This document shows positions 11,755-24,184 of a DNA stretch of 64,000 nt, piece after piece (positions within the stretch are counted from its first letter, which is position 1; the number at the start of each line of letters is the position of its first letter). The notes beneath the pieces are model-generated. The model did no database searches. It was given only the letters and a program-made list of their open reading frames with translations, and was not told the origin of the DNA. The stretch lies in assembly GCF_035084215.1 (NCBI RefSeq), contig NC_090348.1:7130001-7194000 (forward strand), given 5' to 3'. Source of the stretch: Heptranchias perlo (taxonomy: Eukaryota). Made by a program: the position numbers and the translations under genes.

Positions 11755-11863
11755 TTTCTCTACGTTACAAGTGACTACGCTTCAAAAGTATTTCATTGGC
11801 TGTGAAGCGCTCTGGAATGTCCTGAGGTCGTGAAAGGCGCTAGATAAATGAAAGTTCATTCTT
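11755..11863 (+). mobile_element. DeuSINE 3' tail fragment
   Basis: GTGACTACGCTTCAAAAGTATTTCATTGGCTGTGAAGCGC..GAGGTCGTGAAAGGCGCTAGATAAATG. Confidence 0.7.
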
Positions 11864-12440
11864 TACGAGCATTTATGCTGTTTCTCCCCCCGGGGTCTCT
11901 GTAGCTCCTCTTAGTTACAGTGGGCGATTGGAGCCTCCCCCCAACCCCAATAACTTTTAACTACATAGTTAAAAGTCATTTGTACCCACACAAAGGGTAG
12001 AATCATTCATCAACTTTTCTGATGAGTTATGCCCCAAAAGAATCCCCAGACTTTGCCATTTTCCTGTATAGAAACAATTAGTGTCAATATTTTCCAAACG
12101 GGCATGACAGATGGGCCGTGTAGATCTGGACATAGCAGGCGTGTTGGCCATCATCTTCTGCCCATCAATTACAACAGATGCAGGGCTATGGAAAAAGAGT
12201 GGGGGAGCGGGACTGATTGGATAGATCGTTCAAAGAGCCGGCTCAGGAATGATGGGCCGAATGGCCTCCTACTGTGCTGTACAATTCTATGATACAACCA
12301 GCAGTCAAGGCTTCTAGATGGTCACACGCATTTGCAAAATCGGCCCTGTTGTATCCGTGGCCTTATACAGGTCTGAATCTTCATGTACGGTACAGCTGTG
12401 TTTTGGGCAATAGTGTTTGAGCTGATATTTGGATACTTAC

Positions 12441-12487
12441 TTTGCCATAAGTCTGTGACGTGGGGAACTTTTTACTTCGCAGTTCAT
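12441..12487 (-). CDS. IRAG2: LRMP/IRAG2 exon
   Basis: cattttcag|ATGAA...AAA|gtaagt; phase 1-0; (D)ELRSKKFPTSQTYGK; bridges flanking exons in frame. Confidence 0.85.
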
Positions 12488-12842
12488 CTGAAAATGAATG
12501 ATACTGTAACTCAACAAATGTAAATTTAAGATTTATTAAAATGACAAACCTCTGATTACATGTGAAATCCAAACATTGCGCCTAGCACTGGATTACTGTA
12601 ATTTATATTGGCATTATTACAGCAAAGCTTGAGTTCCAGAAACTGAAGTTTTGATCTAATCTCTAATCACATGTGGTTTACATCAATTCTCACAAGGCAG
12701 CTGTGAAGTAGCTAGAATGAAGGGTTACTCTAACATACAAGACTGTCCTACTCTGCAAAGAAAATAATTGCAGAATCAACAGATGTCCATTTACTGTGTA
12801 CACTTCTCAATTTTCCTCAGTATTATAAAACAGACATCCATA

Positions 12843-13108
12843 TGCATGGGAACACAATCACCTCCAAGTTCCCCTTCAAGTCACACACCATCTCAACTTG
12901 GACATATAAATCAGCCGTTCCTTCATCATCGCTGGGTCAAAATCCTGGAACTCCCAACCCCAAACAGCACTGTGGGAGCACCTTCACCACACGGACAGCA
13001 GCGATTCACGAAGGCCCACCACCACCTTCTCATGGCAATGAGGGACAGGCGATAAATGCCAGCCTTGCCAGTGATGCCCACATCTAGAGAATAAATTTTT
13101 AAAAAAAC
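12843..13108 (+). mobile_element. 3' end of the CR1/L2-group LINE family at 55151-57655
   Basis: GCTGGGTCAAAATCCTGGAACTCCC..CACCACCACCTTCTC..GATAAATGCCAGCCTTGCCAGTGATGCCCACATC then A-rich tail. Confidence 0.8.
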
Positions 13109-13399
13109 CTCTCCAAAATTATCTGCTAGTCAGCAAATCATTCACTCAGTGGTTCAATCCTACAACTCAAATAAATGCATTTCTGTGATTTGCTCGTTCC
13201 ATTTACAAGCAAACCACTTCAAACCAAATTCTATTGGTCTGGGAACTCAATATTTTCTCCTATTTTGAAAAAAATACATACAACCATAATTAATTTGTAC
13301 ACTTGTGCTTTTGAACCTGAATTGACTGAGATGAAAACCAAATTTCTATTTTTCACCGAGCAAACTGAACCAGAGGTGTATACCATCCTCTCAAAATCC

Positions 13400-14135
13400 A
13401 ACGTGGGGAGCTCAATACCACCTTCACCAAATGGAAGCTATCCACTTGGATGCTTCTACCTTGTCCAACATCACCTCACTGATATTGCTGGGCTCCCCAG
13501 CCATCATCAGGATCAGTTTCCTCTCAGATCCACCACCAACTTCCTCGAAGACCTACCATCTGCTCCCTTGATCCCCTCTCAGTTCCTGATCCTAATTAAG
13601 GACTCTTACTGGTGACAATCCTTGGCTTATTGTCACCAGTAAGAGTCAAACTTAACATTTCACTATCCTCAAGCATCTTTTCTCTCTTTTCCCCCCCAAA
13701 TTTCAAAACTGTTCTGTAATGCCTCTTAAACTATTTGTCCTCTTGTAGCACTGCCCAAACTACACTTTCTAGCTGTTGTCCACAAACACGTCGCCACTCA
13801 ACTTGGTTCTTACCGCTGCCTGTTTGAGGCTGTATAGTCTGGATTCATTCCCAGCTACAGCACCAAGGCTGCCCTGCTCAAAGTCATGGACAATATCCCA
13901 TGTGACTACAACCACGATGTGCTATACCTCAATACCCTCAGACACCAATGACCACTCCACCCTCCTCTCGCACTTCTCTCCGTGGTCCGCCACCAAAGCG
14001 CCACCCTCTCCTGGTCCTATTCCCACCTCTCCCAACGGAATCGGTACATTTCCTGCGAAGGTCCCTCCTGCTGTGCACACCGTGACCTATGGCATGCTCC
14101 AAGCCTCCATTCCTAGCTCCTTCTATTCCTTATCA
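13400..14135 (+). mobile_element. highly degenerate L2 LINE fragment
   Basis: Resembles the reverse complement of the L2 at 24185-25665 (CCCTTGATCCCCTC.., CTGCTCAAAGTCATGGACAATATCCCATGTGAC, CTCTCCTGGTCCTATTCCCACCT). Confidence 0.55.
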
Positions 14136-14159
14136 ATAGATTAAAGCAAAGCTATTGAA

Positions 14160-17100
14160 TATCTAATGCTAGTGCCAGGTTTTGAGAGGGCTAGCTTGGC
14201 AAAGATGGCAAATGACTTGAACCAGATTGATTAGGTCATCCTACTAGGGGGGAAATTAGCAACATGGAAGAAAAATGGAATGCCTTCAGGACTACCCTTA
14301 TACAAAGGGACGCCATGTAGTTCCCTAAAGTTAAAAAAGGACACATGGTAAAATAAGGTCAATTTGACTAATGGGTCATGTTCAAAGACAAATCAGACTT
14401 AAGCAGAAATAGTTCTGAGGAAAACAGGAATAGGTATCGATCAGTCTGAAGAACTTTGGAGATGGTGATATTGGATAACTATGCTGGTAATAGAAAGATC
14501 TTCTATGTTATGAGTCAGTGGGCCATTAAGGACTGTACAGGGCCATTGAAGGATTCCACAGAGCAGATCCAGATTGAGTCCCAAAGTATGGCAGAGGTAT
14601 TAAATGGTTACTTTGCATCAGTCTTCACTGCAGATGATGATACAGAGTTAGCAGTAATACATCGGGCGGATGCTAAGGTTAAAAAGAGTCAAAGCGGACA
14701 CGGATAATAGTTCTGGCTGCTGGTCATCACTGCATTTACCTGAGAGAGTAGAAAGGGAGAGGGGGCTATTCTCTGAGCCCCTTGTTCATATATTTAACAG
14801 CTCACTGGGGTCTGGAATTGTCCCCATGGACTGGAGAGGGGTCCATGTGGCTCAAAAAGGGCAACAAGTCAGCACAGGGAAATTAGTTTGACTTCAGCTT
14901 TGGATAAGTTGCTAGAAGGGACCTACCGCATGGTAGGTTGTTACATAAGGTTAAATCTCACGGGATCCAAGGTGAGGTAGCCAATTGGATACAACATTGG
15001 CTTGACGACAGAAGACAGAGGGTGGGTGTAGAGGGTTGTTTTTCAAATTGGAGGCCTGTGACCAGCGGTGTGCCTCAGGGATCGGTGCTGGGTCCGCTGT
15101 TATTTGTTATTTATATTAATGATTTGGATGAGAATTTAGGAGACATGGTTAGTAAGTTTGCAGATGACACCAAGATTGGTGGCATTGTGGACAGTGAAGA
15201 AGGTTATCTCGGATTGCAACGGGATCTTGATAAATTGGGCCAGTGGGCTGATGAATGGCAGATGGAGTTTAATTTAGATAAATGTGAGGTGATGCATTTT
15301 GGGAGATCGAATCGGGCCAGGACCTACTCCATTAATGGTAGGGCGTTGGGGAGAGTTATAGAACAAAGATCTAGGAGTACAGGTTCATAGCTCCTTGAAA
15401 GTGGAGTCACAGGTGGATAGGGTGGTGAAGAAGGCATTCAGCTTGCTTGGTTTCATTGGTCAGAACATTGAATACAGGAGTTGGGATGTCTTGTTGAAGT
15501 TGTACAAGACATTAGTTAGGCCACACTTGGAATACTGTGTACAGTTCTGGTCACCCTATTATAGAAAGGATATTATTAAACTAGAAAGAGTGCAGAAAAG
15601 ATTTACTAGGATGCTGCCGGGACTTGATGGTTTGACTTATAGGGAGAGGTTGGATAGACTGAGACTTTTTTCCCTGGAGAGTAGGAAGTTGAGGGGTGAT
15701 CTTATCCAAGTCTATAAAATAATGAGGGGCATAGATAAGGTAGATAGTCAACATCTTTTCCCAAAGGTAGGGGAGTCTATAACGAGGGGACATAGATTTA
15801 AGGTGAGAGGGGAGAGATACAAAAGGGTCCAGAGGGGCAATTTTTTCACTCAAAGGGTGGTGAGTGTCTGGAACGAGCTGCCAGAGGCAGTAGTAGAGGC
15901 GGGTACAATTTTGTCTTTTAAAAAGCATTTGGACAGTTACATGGGTAAGATGGGTATAGAGGGATATGGGCCAAGTGCAGGCAATTGGGACTAGCTTAGT
16001 GGTATAAACTGGGCGACATGGACATGTTGGGCCGAAGGGCCTGTTTCCATGTTGTAAACTTCTATGAATGAAGGTACTCTGTATGACCAACCCGACAGAA
16101 GGGGCAATTAGAGAATCTCAACATGGTTTTCTGGGGGAAAAAAAGGTCATGTCTCACCAACCCGATTGGATTTGTTGAGGCAGTCACTAGTTTGTGGATG
16201 TAATTACCTCAGTCATCATGGTGTGTCTTCATCATCAAAAAGCCTTTGATGAGGTGCCTGATGTATTACTGTTAATGATAGGCTACTTAATAAGATTGAG
16301 CCCTGTGGGATTCAGGGGCAGATTTTGGGTTGGATAAGGAATTGGCTGCATTTCCGTAGGCAGAAGGTTGTTACTAATGGTAGTGCTTCTGTGTGGGGAC
16401 AGATTACTAATGGAGTCCTGTAGGAATCAGTATTAGGAGCATTAGCCTTCAACATCTTCATCAACGATCTGGATGAAGGTGAGAACTGTCCACAGACGAT
16501 ACAAAAGGTATGTGTGGGTTTTAGGACCTTAGAAGGAAAAATAGATTACAGGCAGATCCAGAGGTCATGGGGGAGTGGACCCAAATCTGGTAGATGACAT
16601 TTAATATAAATAAAGGTAGTGTTATGCCCATGGGTACAGCCAACACCACACACGCGTGTACACACTTGTACACACTATGCAGGGCTGCACATTCAAGGCT
16701 GTTGAGCAGGAGAAAGATATGGGTGTTAATGTGCATGAATCTCTGAAGGTCCACAGTCAGTCAATGTCACCAGGCTATTGTAAAAGCAAATAAGTGTGCT
16801 AGCATGTATTGCCAGGACAATTAATACAAAATAAACAAAAAACAATAGTTTCCTTGTACAAGGCCCTAGTTAGGCCTCATTTCGAATACTGTGTCCAGTT
16901 TTGGTAAGTGATAAAGGCCCTGGAAAAGGTTCAGAGAAAGGCTACTAGATTGGTGCCTAGTTTAGAGGCCCTTAGTTATCGGGGTAGGCTTGGAGAGTTG
17001 CAGCATTTTACTCTACCCTGTAGACTGAGATTTGACCGGGGTCTTTAAAATAATAAAAGGATTAGATACAGTCCACGTGGATAGGTTAAGGAAGACGAGG

Positions 17101-17530
17101 GGACCGGAGAATAAGTTACGCAAGCACAGAACTAGGTTTGATATCTGGCCGTATTTCTTTTCACAGAGTGTCATTAACTTACGGGGCAAGTTTCTGGCTC
17201 ATGCAGTGAATGCAGATTCACGGCAAACATTTAAAAGTGAGCTGGATGAGATTGAGTGTGGCCAACATAAACACACATAGAAGGTAGGTGGGATATTGAG
17301 GGATGGTCGAAGGGAATTTTCCAGAGTGTTTTTTTCCCTAAATTGACCTAGTTTTTTCCTCCCTTCTTTGGCATCTCCCAGGAGATTGAGGGGGGTCCGG
17401 GGCGGGGGGGGGGGGGGGGGGGGGGGAAAGAGGAAAGCGAAGAGGTGGGGATCATGGTGCACATAGATTGCATGATGACCATAGGGACAAGCTCAACATA
17501 TTAGCTGATCTTTTCTTGTTCTTCGTTCTG
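14160..17530 (+). mobile_element. old CR1 LINE interrupted by a younger CR1
   Basis: MAEVLNGYFASVFT, PLVHIFNSSL..PMDWR before 14920; RESQHGF, KAFD, FNIFINDLD, RPHFEYCVQFW remnants after 16070. Confidence 0.8.
14923..16066 (+). mobile_element. young CR1 LINE, 5'-truncated (RT domain to 3' tail)
   Basis: GVPQGSVLGPLLFVIYINDL..SKFADDTKIG..VRPHLEYCVQFWSP..WNELP (one frameshift near 15390); tail ends CTTCTATG. Confidence 0.93.
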
Positions 17531-17589
17531 GATGAACCTAAAACTTTCTTCAGCTCGTTGACTAGGTGAGTCACCCCGTTTGGCTTCTG

Positions 17590-18010
17590 CTAGAAAATTT
17601 TCACTTTAAGCATGTCCTCTTCCTCTCTGGATGTACATTCAGACAGAATCTGAAAATGTACAATCTTAGTGCCCTAAACAACACTGGCCTGAGCTTCAAA
17701 CCCCACATCTGGTTCTTCACCAAAACAACTTCCGGAATACTGCCTGCCTGCCAGGGCATCCCCATTGCTGCTAAAATCCTCATCCTCACATGTCATCTCA
17801 AGGCTGACCTTCCACAGCACAGCATTCTATCCCACACAAAGCTCTGCTCACATATCACCTCTCTCCTTGTTGACCGTCATTTGCTCCTAGATACCCCAGA
17901 TTATCAAACGTCAACCCCCTCCCATGGCCTTACTCTGCTCTCTAGCCTCTTATCTTCCAACTGCGCCTTTCTCCCTCCCCTTTTTGGTCCACCATTGCTG
18001 GCAGAACAAT
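17590..18010 (+). mobile_element. degenerate L2 3' fragment
   Basis: LSFKPHI, AKILI, HITSLLVDRHLL remnants. Confidence 0.45.
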
Positions 18011-18124
18011 CATCCACCATACCCTTGCGCTATAAAAATGGCGAATGTACCAAAGAAGTTTAGCAAGAGAAAGTCAAAACTCTACAAATTTTGCTGTCGA
18101 TTGTTCTGCATAACCCTCCCCCTC

Positions 18125-18480
18125 CCCAATATTCTATTCTCCACCAATGAAGGCAGTGACTTATGCAAGGGTACAGTTCCACAGGAAATGACTGCCAATA
18201 TGCTCGTGACCATCCCTCATGTGCAAGCTTGGAATGTGTGCATTGGCAGGCTATTTGACCATGGGAGGAAGGGAGCCTGATCCCTTCAGGTATGCGCTTC
18301 CAGCTGATGGCTGGATGGTTAACAGCGAGAGCAGAGTGAGAATCGTATACATTTTTTCTCCACTTCTAGCCCAGGAACAGTCAAACGACATTCCCCACCA
18401 CTGCCCCACCCAGACCAGGGATTGAACCTGGGATCTTCCTTATATGGTTGAGCAACATCATGCGGTTGCCTACTGGGACT
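18125..18480 (-). mobile_element. ancient tRNA-derived SINE remnant (related pieces near 30490-30800 and 42935-43200)
   Basis: Minus-strand B-box-like CCCAGGTTCAATCCCTGG near 18415-18433; degenerate similarity to other intronic segments. Confidence 0.35.
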
Positions 18481-18571
18481 TGATGACAAGTGAGGGCGGC
18501 TCCAAGTCATTAGACTAACAGGGACTGGAAATAACTAGTCTAGTACTTTCAAAGAAATCGGCAACAATTAC

Positions 18572-18722
18572 CTCTGTTTTCTCCAAATGAACTAGTGACT
18601 TTTTCATTCTTCAGAAGAAGCTGCTTCATTTCTTCCAGTTCTGTGTGCTCTTTTGCATACATTCGTTTCAAGTTTTCAACGTACTGGATCATAACTTCAA
18701 CAGCCTTACTGACCCGGGTCTC
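18572..18722 (-). CDS. IRAG2: LRMP/IRAG2 coiled-coil exon
   Basis: caatag|GAG...AGAG|gtaatt; [50 protein letters not shown]. Confidence 0.95.
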
Positions 18723-19029
18723 CTATTGAGCAAAAGTACCAGCTTTCAGTGCATTGGCTGCTCAATATAGAATTTAAAAACTGCACAATCCTGACTTTAA
18801 TCAGAGAAATTTCAGCCTAGGAGGAGGCCGTCATTTGGTCCAAGCGGCCTAAGGAAATATTTGGTACACTAGTTGCTCAGTTTACCCACTGCCCCCATCA
18901 CCGGATTATGGCTTCACTACTTCTGCAGTAGCCGTGTGCACTAATATTATGTATTAATCCTCAGTTGGGAGAGGCATTCTCCATTCTAGATATATAAACG
19001 CATGCCTTTTCTTTTATATAGTCCTCAAT

Positions 19030-20490
19030 AAGGAATGAAGCGGGGTGGGTGGAGCATATTTCAGTGGGTAGTATTTGGGGAATAGTGATAATATTAGGTT
19101 TAAAATAGTTATGGAAAAGGACCAAGAACAATCAAATGTGAAAATGCTAATTTCAGTGAGTTAAAGAGGGATCATGTCCAGTTGGATTGGAATCAAAAAT
19201 TGGTGGCAAAACAGTAACTGAACAATGGGAGGCCTTCCAGGAGGAGATGATTCAGGTACAGAGTAGACACATTCCTTCGAGGGGGAAAGGAACAGCATCC
19301 AAAGCTAGAGCTCTCTGGATGACTAAAGATATAGAGATTAAAATGAAACAGAAAAAGGAGGCTTATGACAAATGTATAATTCATAATACAGTAGAAAACC
19401 AGGCTGAATACAGAAAGTACTGAGGAGATCTAAAAAAGGGAATAAGAGGGGCAAAGACAGAGTATGAGAATAGATTAGCAGCTAACATAAAAGGGAATCC
19501 AAAAGTCTTTTATAAACATATAAATAGTAAAAGGGTAGTCAAAGGAAGGGTGGGGCCGATTAGGGACAAAGAAGGAGATGATCTTGTGGAGGCAGAGGGC
19601 ATGGCTGAGGTACTAAATGAATACTTTGCATCAGTCTTCACTAGAGAAGAGGATGCTGCCAATGTAGCAGTAAAGGAGGAGATATTAGTGATATTGGATA
19701 GGATAAAAATAGATGAAGAGGAGATACTTAAAAGATTGGCAGTACTCAAAGTAGAAAAGTCACCCGGTCCGGATGGGATGCATCCTAGGTTACTGAGGGA
19801 AGTAAGGGTGGAAATTGCGGAGGCTCTGGCCACAATCTTCCAATCGTCCTTAGATATGGGGATGGCGCCAGAAAACTGGAGGATTGCTAATGTTATACCC
19901 CGTTCAAAAAAGGGGAGGGGGATAAACCCGGCAATTACAGGCCAGGCAGCCCAACGTCAGTGACAATAATCTGGGACAAAATTAATTGGCATTTGGAAAA
20001 ATATAGGCTAATAGATTAAAGTCAATACGGATTTATTAAAAGAAATTCGTGTTTGATTAACTTGACAGTTCTTTGATGAAGTAATGGAGAGGGTTGATGA
20101 GGGTAGTGCGGTTGATGTGTATACGAACTTTCAAAAGGCATTTGATAAAGTACCACATAATAAGCCCATGGGATTAAAAGGGACAGTGGCAGAAGGGTCA
20201 GTAACCAGAGGACACAGATTTAAGGTGATCGGCAAAAAAGAGCCAGAGGCGACATGAGGAAACTTTTTTTTTTTAAAAACACAGCGAGTTGTTATGATCT
20301 GGAATGCACTGCCTGAAAGGGCGGTAGAAGCAGATTCAATAGTAACTTTTAAAAAGGGCATTGGATAAATACTTGAAGGAAAGAAGTTTACAGGGTTATG
20401 GGGAAAGAACAGGGGAACAGGACTAGTCGGATAGTTCTTTCAAAGAGCCGGCACAGGAATGAAGGGCCAAATGGCCTCCTCCTGTGCTCC
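19030..20490 (+). mobile_element. CR1 LINE ORF2 fragment with internal deletion, plus 3' end
   Basis: MAEVLNEYFASVFT, KSPGPDGMHPRLLRE, WRIANVIP, FQKAFDKVPH; then jumps to the 3' end near 20190. Confidence 0.88.
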
Positions 20491-20494
20491 GACA

Positions 20495-20685
20495 TTGAAT
20501 ATTTTAAGGCCGAGTTAGATAGATTCCTGATTAACAAGACAGTCAAAGGTTATAGTAGGTAGATGGGAAAGTAGGGTTGAGGTCACAATCAGATCTGCCG
20601 TGATCTTATCAAATGGCAGAGCAGGCTCGAGGGGCCGAATGGCCTACTCCTGCACTTAATTTGTATGTTTGTTTGATACTATGAT
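20495..20685 (+). mobile_element. CR1 3' tail
   Basis: GCAGGCTCGAGGGGCCGAATGGCCTACTCCTG. Confidence 0.7.
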
Positions 20686-21885
20686 AATCTGCTAGTGTAG
20701 ATTGCTCAACTGCAGCTCTTGAAATGAGCTGTCGATGTCACCTACAGAATGCTGGCAAAAAATCAATCAGGAACAACCAGCCCCTGGTACAGATCTTGTG
20801 GTGCTCAATATCACGTGCAGTCCGTGGGTTTGCTGACATGTGGGGTGATATGGACTACTCTGGTGGGATTGCTGGAGGTGAGTGCAAACTGCCTTTGGAT
20901 GAGGGCCTGTGGCTGGTGCCAGGGTGTTAGGCTAGAAACACCTGCCACTATAGCCCCTGTGATATAAAACGGTACATCATGGCATACGTCTACCAACATC
21001 GTGCCTGTGCCAGTGCTGCTCCACATCACAGCTTTCTACTCAAAATCCATTTCTGGTTTAACATTTTTCTTTAAGTCTTTATGTAACGCACTTTGAAACA
21101 TTAATTGAATCGACTGACTCATGTGGTCATTGAAACTGAGTCAGAGTTGCAAATTGGTTTGTCATTTAAACCCCTTGGGGGAAGATATGGATTTGATAAC
21201 CAATTTGAGATGTTTATCATACCTCCAGTTTCAATCCTTTCACGAGGAGGTTAACTCACCAAAATACGAAAGTTAGAAGCTCGGTTTCAGTCACACATTC
21301 TGACTATAACAACCATTTGCTAAATTTTTACAAGGGACGAGGTGCACAGACGTTTATTTCACTCTTGTTAGTGAGAGCACACTTTTCAAATCAACTACTA
21401 GAACAATAAATGGAAGAAACTTCTTACATTAAACAGGATAGAGGTGGTTCAGTCCTCCAATAAAGGTTTATTCACTTGAATAGGCAAAAGTGACATTAAA
21501 CCCCCGCCCACCCCAACATAATATCCTAACCGTTTGCACTCATAGTTCTGGTTAACTCCGTTAGAAGAGTTAAAATCTGCTGCAGTACCTTGGTGTAGTC
21601 CATGTGCTCTCTTCCTTCTCTCCCCCCATCGTCCTGACTTTTAGACTCCTTGTTGCCTCCCACTACATCTCGCCCTTCAGCTGCAGTGTGTGACGTGGAG
21701 ATATGTTGTATGCTCCTGAAGCATCTTAGTGCCCTGGTCCTGCCAGCTTTACTAGTGACGAGCAAAGCGGACATGGAATTCCTAGTTTGCTAGCACTAAA
21801 ATGAAATCTCAAGTGTTTTACCCCGGTTGTGATATTTGCACCACTGACACTAAGATTTTAACAGGCGCTAGTTATCTTTCTTCAC

Positions 21886-22020
21886 CTGGTGAATGGCTCC
21901 TAGCATTTCGGCCCGGCTGGCTACTCTGGTTATGGTCTGTGTTAGAATCCCAAGACTTCTTTCCAGTTTCTCGAAGATCTCCAGTGACTGTTGTTCTTCT
22001 TCACACAGAGGCCTCATTGT
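21886..22020 (-). CDS. IRAG2: LRMP/IRAG2 coiled-coil exon
   Basis: ccctacag|ACA...CAG|gtgaag; TMRPLCEEEQQSLEIFEKLERSLGILTQTITRVASRAEMLGAIHQ. Confidence 0.95.
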
Positions 22021-22074
22021 CTGTAGGGAATAGAAAAGCCTTCTTAGAAAATGATAAATGGGAGAGGGCACGAT

Positions 22075-23040
22075 GAGTGGGGGGAAGAGCGAGTGAGAGA
22101 GGGGGGAGAGGGGGGGGAAGAGCGAGTGAGAGAAGGGGGAGGGGGGGGGAAGAGCGAGTGAGAGAAGGGGGGGGAAGAGCGAGTGAGAGAAGGGGGGGGA
22201 AGAGCGAGTGAGAGAAGGGGGGAGAGGGGGGGGAAGAGCGAGTGAGAGAAGGGGGGAGAGGGGGGGGAAGAGCGAGTGAGAGAAGGGGGGAGAGGGGGGG
22301 GAAGAGCGAGTGAGAGAAGGGGGGAGAGGGGGGGGAAGAGCGAGTGAGAGAAGGGGGGAGAGGGGGGGGAAGAGCGAGTGAGAGAAGGGGGGGAAGAGCG
22401 AGTGAGAGAAGGGGGGGGGAAGAGCGAGTGAGAGAAGGGGGAGGGGGGGGAAGAGCGAGTGAGAGAAGGGGGGAGAGGGGGGGGAAGAGCGAGTGAGAGA
22501 AGGGGGGAGAGGGGGGGGGGAAGAGCGAGTGAGAGAAGGGGGGAGAGGGGGGGGGAAGAGCGAGTGAGAGAAGGGGGGAGAGGGGGGGGGGGAAGAGCGA
22601 GTGAGAGAAGGGGGGGGGGAAGAGCGAGTGAGAGAAGGGGGAGGGGGGGGAAGAGCGAGTGAGAGAAGGGGGGAGAGGGGGGGGAAGAGCGAGTGAGAGA
22701 AGGGGGGAGAGGGGGGGGGAAGAGCGAGTGAGAGAAGGGGGGAGAGGGGGGGGGGAAGAGCGAGTGAGAGAAGGGGGGAGAGGGGGGGGAAGAGCGAGTG
22801 AGAGAAGGGGGGAGAGGGGGGGGGGGGGGAAGAGCGAGTGAGAGAAGGGGGGAGAGGGGGGGGAAGAGCGAGTGAGAGAAGGGGGGAGGGGGGGGGAAGA
22901 GCGAGTGAGAGAAGGGGGGAGAGGGGGGGGAAGAGCGAGTGAGAGAAGGGGGGAGAGGGGGGGGGAAGAGCGAGTGAGAGAAGGGGGGAGAGGGGGGGGG
23001 GGGGGGGAAGAGCGAGTGAGAGAAGGGGGGGGGGAAAAGA
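22075..23040. repeat. polypurine minisatellite, ~30 copies of ~33-bp GAAGAGCGAGTGAGAGAAGGGGGGAGAGGGGGGG with variable G-runs
   Basis: Directly visible tandem array, followed by (GA)/(GAGATA) microsatellite to ~23165. Confidence 0.97.
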
Positions 23041-23468
23041 GAGAGTGAGACAGAGACAGAGAGAGAGAAAAACTGAGAGAAAGGGAGTACGTACCAGCAC
23101 ATAGGAGAGAGATAAAGCGATCCAGATAGAGATAGAGATAGAGATAGAGATATATAGAGAGATTCCAGAGAAGAGATTATGGCAGGAATTTGAGTTATTT
23201 CTCTGATCATCCTTGTTGACACAACTAAAAAAAGGAACCGGTTTATAACTTGGGAAAGACAGTGAAATGGCTAAATTCTGCTGGGTCACTCATCCCACCA
23301 CATTGTTTATTTGATTGACACGTATGTGGTATGAGTGGGACACAATGAGCAGCGTGTGAAATACCTTTTCCCTTTTGGCGTGTGGGGGAAGCGGAGAGAA
23401 CACTAAAGCAATGTACAGAAGTTCAACAACAATCCAAACATGGGTCAGCAAATGGGACCTGTGCTAAC

Positions 23469-23609
23469 CTGCAGAGTTTGTTGGCATTTCTCAATCTCTT
23501 TTTTCAAATTCGTTTCAGCGAGATCTCTGGATCGTTCCTCCAGCCGTAATCTCTTATCGAGAGTAAACATGTCGCACTTGAAAGCTAACGAGAAGCGGAG
23601 AAATTCAGC
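23469..23609 (-). CDS. IRAG2: LRMP/IRAG2 coiled-coil exon
   Basis: aacacag|GCT...CAG|gttagc; AEFLRFSLAFKCDMFTLDKRLRLEERSRDLAETNLKKEIEKCQQTLQ. Confidence 0.95.
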
Positions 23610-23902
23610 CTGTGTTTAAAAAAAAACTCAAAATAAATACTCAGAACATTAAAATAACTGAAATACACGTCCTTTAAATCCGCACACTTATGTACGCATA
23701 CATATATGCACACACTAGGGCTGCTAACTCTGGCTGGACGTATTCCAGGGAGTTTCATCACATGACCTCCCACCTCCAACTGACCCCAACACCCCACCAC
23801 CCCCCTGATGTGCCCATCCTCTCAGCCCACCATCTTGGATTCTTGACTGTCCATCAAATGGCCTTTTCTATCCCATCTCCAATATTTTTATAACTAAAAA
23901 GT

Positions 23903-24090
23903 CTTTTTGAATGAGATGTTAAACCAAGGCCCCGTCTGTCCTCTCAGGGGTGGACGTAAAAGATCCCAAGGCACTATTTCGAAGAGCAGGGGAGTTCTCC
24001 CCTGTCCCCTGTTCATTTATCTCTCAGCCAATATCACTGAAACAGATTATTTGGTCATTATCAAATTGCTGTTTCTGGGACCTTGCTGAC
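23903..24090 (+). mobile_element. DeuSINE internal fragment
   Basis: GTTAAACCAAGGCCCCGTCTGTCCTCTCAGGGGTGGACGTAAAAGATCCC. Confidence 0.8.
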
Positions 24091-24184
24091 GCATTTCATC
24101 CAAGCATACAAAATGGACCAGCAGGAAAAGACCAGCTGGTCCATCAAACCTGCCCCACACACCATGACGGCCGGAGCATGGTGA

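Noticed and set aside
22075-23040. CRISPR-like repeat/spacer appearance
   Set aside because: The 'spacers' are only G-runs, the context is eukaryotic, and there are no cas genes.
21868-23289. 473-aa and 392-aa proline-rich ORFs
   Set aside because: Artefacts of the stop-free pyrimidine strand of the minisatellite; only 21886-22020 is a real exon.
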